Part shown: in pieces, positions 55,739 to 64,000 of the stretch | Numbering within the stretch: position 1 is the stretch's first letter | Layout: each line of letters opens with the position of its first letter | Assembly: GCA_041946735.1 (NCBI GenBank) | Contig: JBHGAY010000016.1 | Span: 63,157 to 127,156, forward strand | Source: Candidatus Eiseniibacteriota bacterium | GTDB lineage: Bacteria; Eisenbacteria; RBG-16-71-46; CAIMUX01; VGJL01 | Direction of reading: 5' to 3' | DNA: 64,000 nucleotides | Notes under the pieces: generated by a model | Database searches by the model: none | Told to the model about the DNA's origin: nothing | What the model saw: only the letters and a program-made list of their open reading frames with translations | Translations under genes and position numbers: made by a program

Positions 55739-56554
55739 ATGGCCATCAACGACATCACCCTCGCCGGCGGCATGCGGCAGAACCTTGCGAGCCTCCAACT
55801 CGTGGCGGCTCTGCAGGCGCGTACCACGGAACGCCTCTCGACGGGCAAGAGGGTCAACAGCGCGGTGGACGATCCGTCCGCCTACTTCGCCGCTCAGAAC
55901 CACCTCTCTCGCGCGAGCGACCTCGCGGCCCGCAAGGACGCGATGGGTGAGGCGATCCAGACGGTGAGGGCAGCGATCGAGGGCATCGAGGCGATCACCG
56001 ATCTGATCGAGCAGGCGAAGGGTCTCACGGCTTCGGCGCGTGGGGCGACCGCTGCGGACCGGCAGACGCTGGCCGCCCAGTTCGACGATCTCCGCAGCCA
56101 GATCGACGCTCTGGCCGGCGACGCGAGCTATCGCGGCACCAACTTCCTCAGCGACGACACTCTGACCGTCGACTTCAACGAGGATGGTAGCTCGAGCCTG
56201 ACGATCACCGGCTTCGACGCGACGAGCGGTGGGGACCTGGGGATCGACGCGGCCGCCAACGACTGGGCGGCGGATGCGGACATCGATGCCGCGGTCTCCG
56301 ACCTCGACGCCGCTCTCAACACGCTGCGCACGCAGGCGAAGACGCTGTCCGCGAACCTGAGCGTCGTGACGACCCGGCAGGAGTTCACGACGAACATCAT
56401 CACGACGCTGACGACCGGCGCCGACGACCTGACGTCGGCGGATCAGAACGAGGAAGGAGCGAACATGCTCGCGCTGCAGACGCGCCAGCAGCTCGGGATC
56501 GTCGCTCTCTCCCTCTCGTCCCAGGCGCAGCAGAGCATCCTCCGGCTTTTCTAG
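55739..56554 (+). CDS. fliC: Flagellin 2 (271 aa, close paralog of flagellin 1)
   Basis: Same motifs; about 24 substitutions versus flagellin 1 by manual alignment, concentrated centrally. Confidence 0.95.
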   Translation: MAINDITLAGGMRQNLASLQLVAALQARTTERLSTGKRVNSAVDDPSAYFAAQNHLSRASDLAARKDAMGEAIQTVRAAIEGIEAITDLIEQAKGLTASARGATAADRQTLAAQFDDLRSQIDALAGDASYRGTNFLSDDTLTVDFNEDGSSSLTITGFDATSGGDLGIDAAANDWAADADIDAAVSDLDAALNTLRTQAKTLSANLSVVTTRQEFTTNIITTLTTGADDLTSADQNEEGANMLALQTRQQLGIVALSLSSQAQQSILRLF

Positions 56555-56876
56555 CCGGAGCGGAGGAACCGGGGACGCGCGCTGAGTACTCCTCGGGCGG
56601 CGCGTCCTCCGGCGAATCCGCCTCCTTCGACGCAACGGAACCGGCTTAGCCAGGACCTCTCCGTTCCGGCGGCCGGAAGGTTCCGCGAAGCCCAAGGGCC
56701 CGGGTGAGCGGATGCCTGGTGTCGAAGGTGCCGGGGGAAGAACGAAAGCCCTTTCCGAGCGATAGCGAAGGCTTTTCCCGGACGGGTGCCTCGAGCAAGG
56801 GGCGGCCTCCACGGAGCGATCCGCGGGGGCCGTTCCGCTTTTTCGTCGGCCCAGCCCTTTCGCGGTCGATCGCGGC

Positions 56877-56903
56877 TCAAGGTTTTCCTCGACCGACCGA
56901 CAC
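56877..56903 (+). promoter_or_regulatory. Sigma28-type promoter of flgM
   Basis: TCAA-N15-ACCGACAC. Confidence 0.55.
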
Positions 56904-56987
56904 TAGGGGTAGCGTGAAATTGCCCAATCGCGCCGGCCGCCGGAGGCCGGTGGGGTCCCGAGAGGATCCCGGGCGGAGGAGGACCCG

Positions 56988-57314
56988 ATGGCCATCGACC
57001 CGACCCAGTCGCAACCCACACCGAAGCCGGGACTCGGCCGGCTCGGCCGGTCGCTCTCCGGCGGGGTTCATGGCACCGACGGGCGCCCCCGTCCCGCGAC
57101 ACGCCCCGTACCGCCCGCCGACGACTTGCAGATATCCCCGATGGCGCGGGAGCTTCAGGAGATTCTCCGGTCGGATTCCGCGAACGAAACGGCCGAGCTG
57201 TCTCCAGAGAAGTTCCGCGAGGTCCTCGACCGGATCCGCAGCGGCTACTACGACCGTCCGGAAGTGCGGGAGGAGATTCTTCAGAAGCTCGCCGGAGAGC
57301 TGGGAATCGCCTGA
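56988..57314 (+). CDS. flgM: Anti-sigma28 factor FlgM-like protein
   Basis: GGAGGAGG RBS, 108 aa, DDLQISPMAREL..EKFREV..RIRSGYY. Confidence 0.75.
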   Translation: MAIDPTQSQPTPKPGLGRLGRSLSGGVHGTDGRPRPATRPVPPADDLQISPMARELQEILRSDSANETAELSPEKFREVLDRIRSGYYDRPEVREEILQKLAGELGIA

Positions 57315-57336
57315 TCGCGGCGGAGTCTTCGATCCG

Positions 57337-58104
57337 ATGAAAGCCCTCGTGGTCGATCCCTCCGCCGCCGTGCGGCGAATCGCGTCGCGCGCGCTCGAGT
57401 CCCTTGGATGCGAGGAGATCATCGAAGCCCAGGACGGCGCGAGCGCGCTCACTCTCCTCGACGCTGCCGATGTCCAACTCGTTCTGACGGAGTGGAGCCT
57501 GCCGGGTGGGGGCGGCCACGAATGGATCGAGAAGATCCGGTCGCAGCCGGCTCTCGCTTCGGCGTCGATCGCGATCCTCACGAGGAACCGCAACCGCGGC
57601 GACGTCCGGGAGGCGGTCCGCCTTGGCGCCGCGGCGTACCTTCTCAAGCCGATCGGGATGGAAGCGCTGCGGGACCGGCTGGCTGCTCTGCTGCCGCTCG
57701 GCGGCCGGGGAGTCGCCGCCGGGGATGGCCGGGACGGCGTGAAGCGTGGCGCGAACGAAGCGGATGCGGAGCGGGCGGTCGCCGAGGCGATCGAGAAGCG
57801 GGAGACGCCGCCGGACTTGCCGCCGGTCGATGAGATCCGCGCGGTGATCCCCGAGCCGCCGATCGGTGACGGATCGGGGACGACACCGGCACGGGGGCCG
57901 GACGGAGAGCTCGTGATCGAAGGGGAGGCGCAGGGAGACGGCGCGCAGTCCGGCGATCCGGCTTCTGCTGGCTCCACTCCGGCCGGCCCTGCACCGGCCG
58001 AGGAAGCGTCCGGCGTTCATGCAGGCGATGACCCTGCGTCCGTCACGCCGCTCCCCACATCCGACTCGACTCCATCCGGCGAGCCGGAAGCAAAGGCGGC
58101 ATGA
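57337..58104 (+). CDS. Atypical CheY-like receiver (phosphoacceptor Asp replaced by Glu) with an acidic Pro/Ala-rich tail
   Basis: MKALVVDPS..EAQDG..LVLTEWSLPG..ILT..GA.AYLLKP. Confidence 0.8.
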   Translation: MKALVVDPSAAVRRIASRALESLGCEEIIEAQDGASALTLLDAADVQLVLTEWSLPGGGGHEWIEKIRSQPALASASIAILTRNRNRGDVREAVRLGAAAYLLKPIGMEALRDRLAALLPLGGRGVAAGDGRDGVKRGANEADAERAVAEAIEKRETPPDLPPVDEIRAVIPEPPIGDGSGTTPARGPDGELVIEGEAQGDGAQSGDPASAGSTPAGPAPAEEASGVHAGDDPASVTPLPTSDSTPSGEPEAKAA

Positions 58105-58116
58105 CGGCTGCCGGAG

Positions 58117-59475
58117 CTAGACCGCGTTCTCCTCGTATTCGTGCAGCTTGTTCCGCAGGGTCCTTTCGCTGATCCCAAGCAGCTTCGCGGCACGCGCGCG
58201 GTTGCCGCCCGTGGCTTCGAGCGCTTTCTCGATCGTGATTCTCTCGATGTCCTTCAGATTGAGGACCGCCTTGGCAGAGGACGACCTGCGGCCGTCGCCT
58301 CCCGGCGCGGCGAAGCCGTCCAGACCGAAGCTCTCGGGCTCGATCGATCCGGACCGGGTGAGGATGACGGCACGCTCGACGGCGTTCTGAAGCTCGCGAA
58401 TGTTCCCCGGCCACTCGTGTTGGCGCAGGGTCTGGAGCGTGCGCTCGGGGACGGAAGGCGCCTTGACCCCGAGCTCGCGGGCGGCCTGCTCGACGAAGTG
58501 CTTCACGAGCAGAGGCAGATCCTCCATCCGCTCGCGCAGCGGAGGGGTGCGAACCGGCATCACGCAAAGCCGGTAGTACAGATCCTGCCGGAAGCGCCCC
58601 GCCTCGATCTCCGCCTTGAGATCCCGATTGGTGGTGGCGACGATACGGACATCGACTTTGACCGGCTTCTGCCCTCCAACCCGTTCGAACTCTTGCTCCT
58701 GGAGCACCCGCAGCAGCTTCGCTTGAAGCTCCGGGCGCATCTCGGACACCTCGTCGAGGAGCAGAGTTCCTCCATGAGCTCGTTCGAACGCTCCGGGGAA
58801 ACGGGCTGTCGCTCCGGTGAACGCTCCGCGCTCGTGACCGAAAAGGGTGCTCTCCACGAGCCCCTCGGGAAGCGCTGCGCAGTTTACTGTGATGAACGGC
58901 GCTTCCCGTCGTGACGACTGCTCGTGAATCGCCCGGGCGAACAGCTCCTTGCCGGTCCCCGATTCGCCCTGGAGGAGGACAGTCGCCCCGGTCGGCGCGA
59001 CTGTCGACAGAATGTCCATCACCTTGCGCAGCGCCTTGCTTTCGCCGACGATCGCGCGCTCGCCGCGCAGGGAGCGGATCTCCCGCTCGTAGTTCTCGTT
59101 CTCGCGCCGCAGGCGGCAGACCTCGAGAGCATTGTTCACGGCCAGACGAAGCGCCTCGAATCGGAAAGGCTTCGTGAGGTAGTCGATCGCGCCCCGGCGC
59201 ATCGACTGGACGGTGTGCTCCACGCTCGCGTACCCGGTGGTGAGGATGACCGGGATCTCCTGTCCCTCTTCACGAAGCTGATCGAGCAGATCGAGTCCGG
59301 AGGCGCCGGGCATCCGCGCGTCGGAAATGATCAGGTCGAATGGCTGCTGCTGGATGACCTTCAGCGCGTCTCCTACGCTGCTGGTCAACACCGCCTGATG
59401 TCCGATCTTCGCCAGGTAGTCCTCGAGCACCGCCACCGCCAGGGGCTCGTCATCGATACAGAGGATTCTGGACAT
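58117..59475 (-). CDS. Sigma54-dependent response regulator (NtrC family), likely flagellar activator
   Basis: Receiver (IDDE, SDARMP, KP), GESGTGKE, GAFTGA, LLDEV, WPGNIREL, Fis-type HTH (LLGISERTLRNKL). Confidence 0.93.
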   Translation of the reverse strand: MSRILCIDDEPLAVAVLEDYLAKIGHQAVLTSSVGDALKVIQQQPFDLIISDARMPGASGLDLLDQLREEGQEIPVILTTGYASVEHTVQSMRRGAIDYLTKPFRFEALRLAVNNALEVCRLRRENENYEREIRSLRGERAIVGESKALRKVMDILSTVAPTGATVLLQGESGTGKELFARAIHEQSSRREAPFITVNCAALPEGLVESTLFGHERGAFTGATARFPGAFERAHGGTLLLDEVSEMRPELQAKLLRVLQEQEFERVGGQKPVKVDVRIVATTNRDLKAEIEAGRFRQDLYYRLCVMPVRTPPLRERMEDLPLLVKHFVEQAARELGVKAPSVPERTLQTLRQHEWPGNIRELQNAVERAVILTRSGSIEPESFGLDGFAAPGGDGRRSSSAKAVLNLKDIERITIEKALEATGGNRARAAKLLGISERTLRNKLHEYEENAV

Positions 59476-59698
59476 CTTTCTCCTGTCCGGTCTGCGATAG
59501 CACTTGCTCACGCCCACAACCGAAACCACTCGCGTGCGAGGATACCACACCATCCGCCGCTCTGCAGCCCTTCTCGTCGATGGCGGCGGTTACGTTCTCT
59601 AGTCTCTCGAATTGTCTGGCGCGGAGCTGGGAGGGACCGGCGACGCTCGGGGGAGCCGCGACACTTGGGTCTTCTGAACTACTGGGCAGGTCAGGGAC

Positions 59699-60712
59699 TT
59701 AGGGCCTGAAACCTCCCGCCATCCGGAGCGACCAGGGGATCTCGGTTTCATCGGGGATCTCTTCGTTCCAGGACCTGAGGAGCGCCCGGCAGGCGGAGCA
59801 GAAGTCGTTTCCCGCGTCGGTCGTCTCTGCGCGGCCACGCGCGTCCGCCATCAGGCACCCCGGGGTGGCGCAGTGGGGAAGGCCGAGCGTGTGGCCGATC
59901 TCGTGAACCGCGACCTTGGTGAGACGCGTTCGGGCGGCCGCCGCGGTAACGCCGGCGCGACACCGGAAGAAGGAGACGACGCCCACGGGGTCCGCGTAGG
60001 AAGCCAACCCCATCATCCCCCAGTCCCGAGCGCTATCTGTCGTCGTGGAGATGTCCGCGGCGGTCACGCCCAGGATCCGGTAGCCGCCCTCCGGAAGGCG
60101 CGTCTCCAGGAAGCGCAAGAGCTTCTCTGCGCGGTAGCGGTGGCGCTGGGCGTAGTACGCCTCGGTCGGAAGCGGGACGCGGGGAAGGACACGGACTTCC
60201 CGGCCGAAGAAGGAGTCGAGCGCCTCGACCACCGCGGCGATCTCGCGAGGGCCGATTCCGGGACCCAGCGGTTGAATGTACAACGGCGCCGGAGCCTCCA
60301 GGCGACGAGCTTCCTGAGATTCCAGCGCTTCCTCGCCATCCTGCCGTTCCCGCGTTTGCGGCTCCTGCGCTTCCTGACTTGCCGAAGCTGCGACAGAGCA
60401 GGCAACCGCTGACTCGCTGCATCTCGGGGTGATCCCGGCCACTTGCGCAGTCACCGGCTGCTCGGCAATCTCCGGCTGCGGCGCGCGAACGGCGGGCGAT
60501 GACGGTGGCGCCCCGGCTTGGGCCGGACCCGGCTCCGCCTCGGCGACAGTTCTGAAGCCGTCGGGGAGTACGTCGAGGTGAAACGCGCCGGCGCCGAGGA
60601 GAAGAATCGCGCTCAGCAGCGCCGCCTTGCGCGCAAGGCGGACGAAATCGAGTCGGGCTTTCGATTTCGAGGCCGCCACGGTCCTCCTGCTCCGCATCCT
60701 CCTCATCTTCAT
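59699..60712 (-). CDS. Archaemetzincin-like Zn metalloprotease (peptidase M54) with N-terminal anchor
   Basis: HEIGHTLGLPHC..C.M..FC..C. Confidence 0.88.
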   Translation of the reverse strand: MKMRRMRSRRTVAASKSKARLDFVRLARKAALLSAILLLGAGAFHLDVLPDGFRTVAEAEPGPAQAGAPPSSPAVRAPQPEIAEQPVTAQVAGITPRCSESAVACSVAASASQEAQEPQTRERQDGEEALESQEARRLEAPAPLYIQPLGPGIGPREIAAVVEALDSFFGREVRVLPRVPLPTEAYYAQRHRYRAEKLLRFLETRLPEGGYRILGVTAADISTTTDSARDWGMMGLASYADPVGVVSFFRCRAGVTAAAARTRLTKVAVHEIGHTLGLPHCATPGCLMADARGRAETTDAGNDFCSACRALLRSWNEEIPDETEIPWSLRMAGGFRP

Positions 60713-61185
60713 CTTCCTTGGCTCCCTCCTCGGGAGTCGCTGAGGGACTCGATCAGGGGAGAGTCGTGCCTGTCCACTTCAGGGAACGGAAGTATCGTTG
60801 CGCGGGCTGAGTTTCGTGGGATCGAGCGCAGGTCGGGAGGGAAAGATGCTCATGCCCCTGGAGAACAGCATAGGCAGCGGCGTTCCTCAGCGGCAAGGGG
60901 AATCGATACGAGTCTTTCACGTTCCAGGCCTGGACGCGGGCCGGTTTCGGCGACTGTCTCGTCACACGGAATGTACAAACGGTGCAGGGACGGGCGGGAG
61001 ACCGAGACGAGCCGCTCGGCTCACGCAATCCTCGCGGCGCCAACCTCCGCGGGTCCGCCTTCTCTGCGGCAGTCGATCCCGCTTGCCGCGTCGAGTTCTT
61101 CGCTCTAGCCTCTCGACGAGCGCGCTCCGCCTGAGCGCGCTCCGCTTGCCGGGGCCTGCGAAGAGGGCGTGGAGGGGAGCCGCGG

Positions 61186-61833
61186 ATGCCGTTCGATTCG
61201 TTTCTCGCGATGGTCGTCAACCTCTTCTTGATCATCGATCCCGTGGGCTCGATCCCGCTGGTCGCGGCGCTCACACGCGGAACCCCGGCATCCCGCCGGC
61301 GCCGGATGGTCGCCCGCGCGGTGCTGATCGCCTTCCTCGTTCTCGGCTTCTTCGCGATCGCCGGGCGTCCGGTGCTCCGTTATTTCGGCGTGCAGATCCC
61401 CGCCGTGAGGATCGCCGGCGGCGTCCTCCTGTTCTTCATCGGCTTGGAGATGCTCTACGGGAGGATCAGCCGGACCGAGACGACCGAAGGCGAGGAGCTG
61501 GAGGCCGCGGGCAAGGAGGACATCAGCATCACTCCCCTCGCGATCCCGTTGCTCGCCGGCCCGGGGAGCATTGCCGCCGTCCTGCTGCTCGCCGGCTCCC
61601 TGTCCGGGGCCGGCGGGACCGGCCCGGGAGGGCTGCTGCTCCTGCTCGCCGCAATCGCTTCGGTGATGGCGATCTCCTTGCTGCTGCTCTGCTTGACGGA
61701 TCCCTTGATCCGCCTTCTCGGCCAGATCGGGATCAAGGTGATCGCCCGCGTCATGGGGCTCCTGCTCCTGTTCGTCGCGACGCAATACGTTCTCGACGGG
61801 CTTCTGGCGGCCGGAGTTCTCCGGCGGCCATGA
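61186..61833 (+). CDS. marC: MarC family integral membrane protein
   Basis: IIDPVG..P, IAGG.LL, PLAIPLLAGPGSI, RVMGLLL. Confidence 0.92.
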   Translation: MPFDSFLAMVVNLFLIIDPVGSIPLVAALTRGTPASRRRRMVARAVLIAFLVLGFFAIAGRPVLRYFGVQIPAVRIAGGVLLFFIGLEMLYGRISRTETTEGEELEAAGKEDISITPLAIPLLAGPGSIAAVLLLAGSLSGAGGTGPGGLLLLLAAIASVMAISLLLLCLTDPLIRLLGQIGIKVIARVMGLLLLFVATQYVLDGLLAAGVLRRP

Positions 61834-61945
61834 CGGCAGGCCCGCGACGCGCAAGGCGCCGCAAGTCTTGCGCCGGCCCCGAACGTCCCTGTAGCTTCAT
61901 GCTTCCCAAGTTGGTCCGTGCGATCGCAGTGGAGGGGAGGAAGCC

Positions 61946-63373
61946 ATGAGTCTCCGCGTCTACGACAACCTCACCAGGGAGAAGAGGACATTCGAGCCGG
62001 TCCGCCCGGGCCAGGTGGGGATGTACGTATGCGGGATGACCGTGCAGGACAAGCCTCACGTTGGCCACATGCGGGCGGCGATCGTCGGCGACCTGCTGCG
62101 GCGGCACCTCCTCCACAGCGGCTACAAGGTCACGTTCGTCAACAACTTCACCGACGTGGACGACAAGATCATCGAGCGTGCCCGCGAGGAAGGGATCGAC
62201 TATCGGCGGATCGCCGAGCGGAACATGCAGGCCTACCTGGCCTACGTGAAGCTTCTCGGGATCCTCCCCGCAGATCACTATCCCCTCGCGACCGAACACA
62301 TCCCCGAGATTCTCGATCTCATCGGCGTTCTCGTGCAGAAGGGGGTCGCCTACCCCGCCGGGGGCGACGTCTATTTCCGGGTCGAGGCGTTTCCCGAGTA
62401 CGGCAAGCTGTCCGGCCGGCGTGTCGATGAGCTGCGCTCAGGCGCCCGCATCGAGATCGGGGAGCACAAGGAAAGTCCCCTCGACTTTGCCCTGTGGAAG
62501 GGAGCCCGCGAGGGCGAGCCTTCGTGGCCGAGCCTCTGGGGCGATGGACGCCCGGGCTGGCACATCGAGTGCTCTGCCATGTCGATGAAGTATCTCGGTC
62601 CCCGCTTCGACTTCCACGGGGGCGGCCTGGACCTCATCTTCCCGCACCATGAGAACGAGATCGCCCAGTCGGAGGCGGCAACCGGCCAATCGTTCGTGGA
62701 CTTCTGGGTGCAGAATGGGCTCGTGCTGCTCGGTGGCGAGAAGATGTCGAAGTCCACGAAGCATTTCTTCTTAATTGAGGACGTGTGCGCTCGGGTCGAA
62801 CCCCGGATCATCCGCTACTACTTGCTTTCCACGCACTTCCGGTCTCCGATCGAGTTCAGCGAGGAGCGGCTTGCCGAAGCCGGGCAGGCGCTCGGGCGGC
62901 TGACGCAGGCGGTCCAGTCGGCTGAGGAGATCGTCGGCCCGGCCGGGACGGGGGAAGTCGAAGAGTATCGCGAGGACGCGGCCGGCTCGACCGAGGCGCG
63001 GGAGGCGTATCGCCTCTTCCACGAGGCGATGGACGACGACTTCAACAGCGCCCGCGCGCTGGGCCATCTCTTCGACCTCGCCCGGACGATGAACCGATGG
63101 ATTGCGGAAGGAGAGACGGGATCGGAGGCGCGCCAAGCGGTTGCGGGCGGCAGGCGCACCCTGCTCCACCTTGCCGGGGTCCTCGGCCTGGATCTCGCTT
63201 CTCCCGGTGAGATTTGCGTGCCGCCCCACGTCGAGGAACTGGTGCGCAGGCGCGGCGAGGCGAGGGCCCGGAAGGACTGGGCGGAGGCGGATCGACTCCG
63301 GAAAGAGATCGCCGCGGCCGGATACGTTCTCGAGGATCGCGGTGGACGTACGGTCGTTCGCACGGATCGTTGA
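61946..63373 (+). CDS. cysS: Cysteine--tRNA ligase
   Basis: [56 protein letters not shown]. Confidence 0.98.
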   Translation: MSLRVYDNLTREKRTFEPVRPGQVGMYVCGMTVQDKPHVGHMRAAIVGDLLRRHLLHSGYKVTFVNNFTDVDDKIIERAREEGIDYRRIAERNMQAYLAYVKLLGILPADHYPLATEHIPEILDLIGVLVQKGVAYPAGGDVYFRVEAFPEYGKLSGRRVDELRSGARIEIGEHKESPLDFALWKGAREGEPSWPSLWGDGRPGWHIECSAMSMKYLGPRFDFHGGGLDLIFPHHENEIAQSEAATGQSFVDFWVQNGLVLLGGEKMSKSTKHFFLIEDVCARVEPRIIRYYLLSTHFRSPIEFSEERLAEAGQALGRLTQAVQSAEEIVGPAGTGEVEEYREDAAGSTEAREAYRLFHEAMDDDFNSARALGHLFDLARTMNRWIAEGETGSEARQAVAGGRRTLLHLAGVLGLDLASPGEICVPPHVEELVRRRGEARARKDWAEADRLRKEIAAAGYVLEDRGGRTVVRTDR

Positions 63374-63446
63374 CCGTGCCTACGCGCGGACTCGACCCGG
63401 CCGCCTAAGCCCGCAGGCGCCGGCCGTCTAGCCGCTTCCTATTTTG

Positions 63447-63475
63447 TTGACAGCAGTTGCGGCGGTCCGTAATCT
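63447..63475 (+). promoter_or_regulatory. Sigma70 promoter of the tRNA cluster
   Basis: TTGACA-N17-TAATCT. Confidence 0.8.
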
Positions 63476-63626
63476 TCGAACCTTCGACGGCAGGCCACGC
63501 TACAACCGTGCTCTGCGGTCTTCCTGAGATGACCAGCAGGTGTGCGTTGCGCCCCGACCGACTTCCCGGGATCGGTCGTAGCGGTGCGCATGCCCGTTTG
63601 CTGCGGGCCGATGCGCGCCCACGGAC

Positions 63627-63698
63627 GCTGGCGTAGCTCAGGGGTAGAGCAGCTGATTTGTAATCAGCAGGTCGGGGGTTCAAATCCCTTCGCCAGCT
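63627..63698 (+). tRNA. tRNA-Thr(TGT)
   Basis: Acceptor GCTGGCG/CGCCAGC, anticodon arm GCTGA-TT-TGT-AA-TCAGC, GGTTCAAATCC T-arm; CCA not encoded. Confidence 0.96.
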
Positions 63699-63795
63699 CA
63701 GTTCGCGGCTGGGGTGCCAGAAGTTCCGAACCGATCGCGTTCGCGCGTCATCGGTTTCCTTCGCCGGTGACGGCGATCCGGATCGTTTCGAGGTC

Positions 63796-63878
63796 GGGGA
63801 GGTTCCCGAGCGGCCAAAGGGAACAGACTGTAAATCTGTCGGCGTATGCCTTCGAAGGTTCGAATCCTTCCCTCCCCA
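63796..63878 (+). tRNA. tRNA-Tyr(GTA)
   Basis: Acceptor GGGGAGG/CCTCCCC, ACAGA-CT-GTA-AA-TCTGT, long variable arm, GGTTCGAATCC. Confidence 0.96.
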
Positions 63879-63941
63879 AGTCCTTGGTTCGGAAATGTCT
63901 GTGTGTGGTGGATGTGCGGGGTCGTACGACGGGTTCTCGTT

Positions 63942-64000
63942 GCGGGAGTAGCTCAGTGGCTAGAGCGTCAGCCTTCCAAGCTGAGGGTCGCGGGTTCGAA
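63942..64000 (+). tRNA. tRNA-Gly(TCC), truncated by the window end
   Basis: GCGGGAGTAGCTCAG.., TCAGC-CT-TCC-AA-GCTGA, GGTTCGAA; Thr-Tyr-Gly order matches the common cluster upstream of tuf. Confidence 0.93.

Noticed and set aside
56560..56870. Hairpin-rich region after flagellin 2 as a c-di-GMP riboswitch or ncRNA
   Set aside because: Inverted repeats are present, but I could not match the conserved riboswitch motifs by eye; an Rfam cmscan would be needed.
56704..57336. N-terminal extension of the 466-aa ORF
   Set aside because: It overlaps the flgM-like gene; the receiver domain begins at ATG 57337.

Overview
GC-rich bacterial chromosomal window, probably from an uncultured FCB-adjacent lineage such as Ca. 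Eisenbacteria or a relative. This is an inference from the many secreted proteins with FlgD-Ig/T9SS-type C-terminal domains and from SWG..K tails. 0-15.6 kb: secreted and surface proteins, an SDR, SatP and gene remnants. It includes an Omp28/thioredoxin-like secreted protein whose ORF extends upstream through an in-frame TGA in a UxxC motif followed by a SECIS-like hairpin (a selenoprotein missed by the ORF track), and two copies of a two-gene module (TYQG-domain protein plus DGGG..GTIGQ..GGFW/CTD partner). 15.7-59.5 kb: flagellar gene cluster. The sigma54-type operons flgB..flgE and fliL..fliA (with a fliO-fliP fusion) are separated by about 9 kb of secreted-protein genes, three of which end in a shared (S/T)WG.(I/V)(K/R)..(Y/F) tail. 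Next come sigma28-type genes: two alphaproteobacterial-type flagellins, flbT, flaF, a HAD-domain protein and a TPR-glycosyltransferase, flgL, flgM, an atypical CheY-like receiver and a sigma54 activator. 59.7-64 kb: archaemetzincin, marC, cysS and the start of a tRNA Thr-Tyr-Gly cluster. All calls come from reading the sequence by eye; no searches were run.
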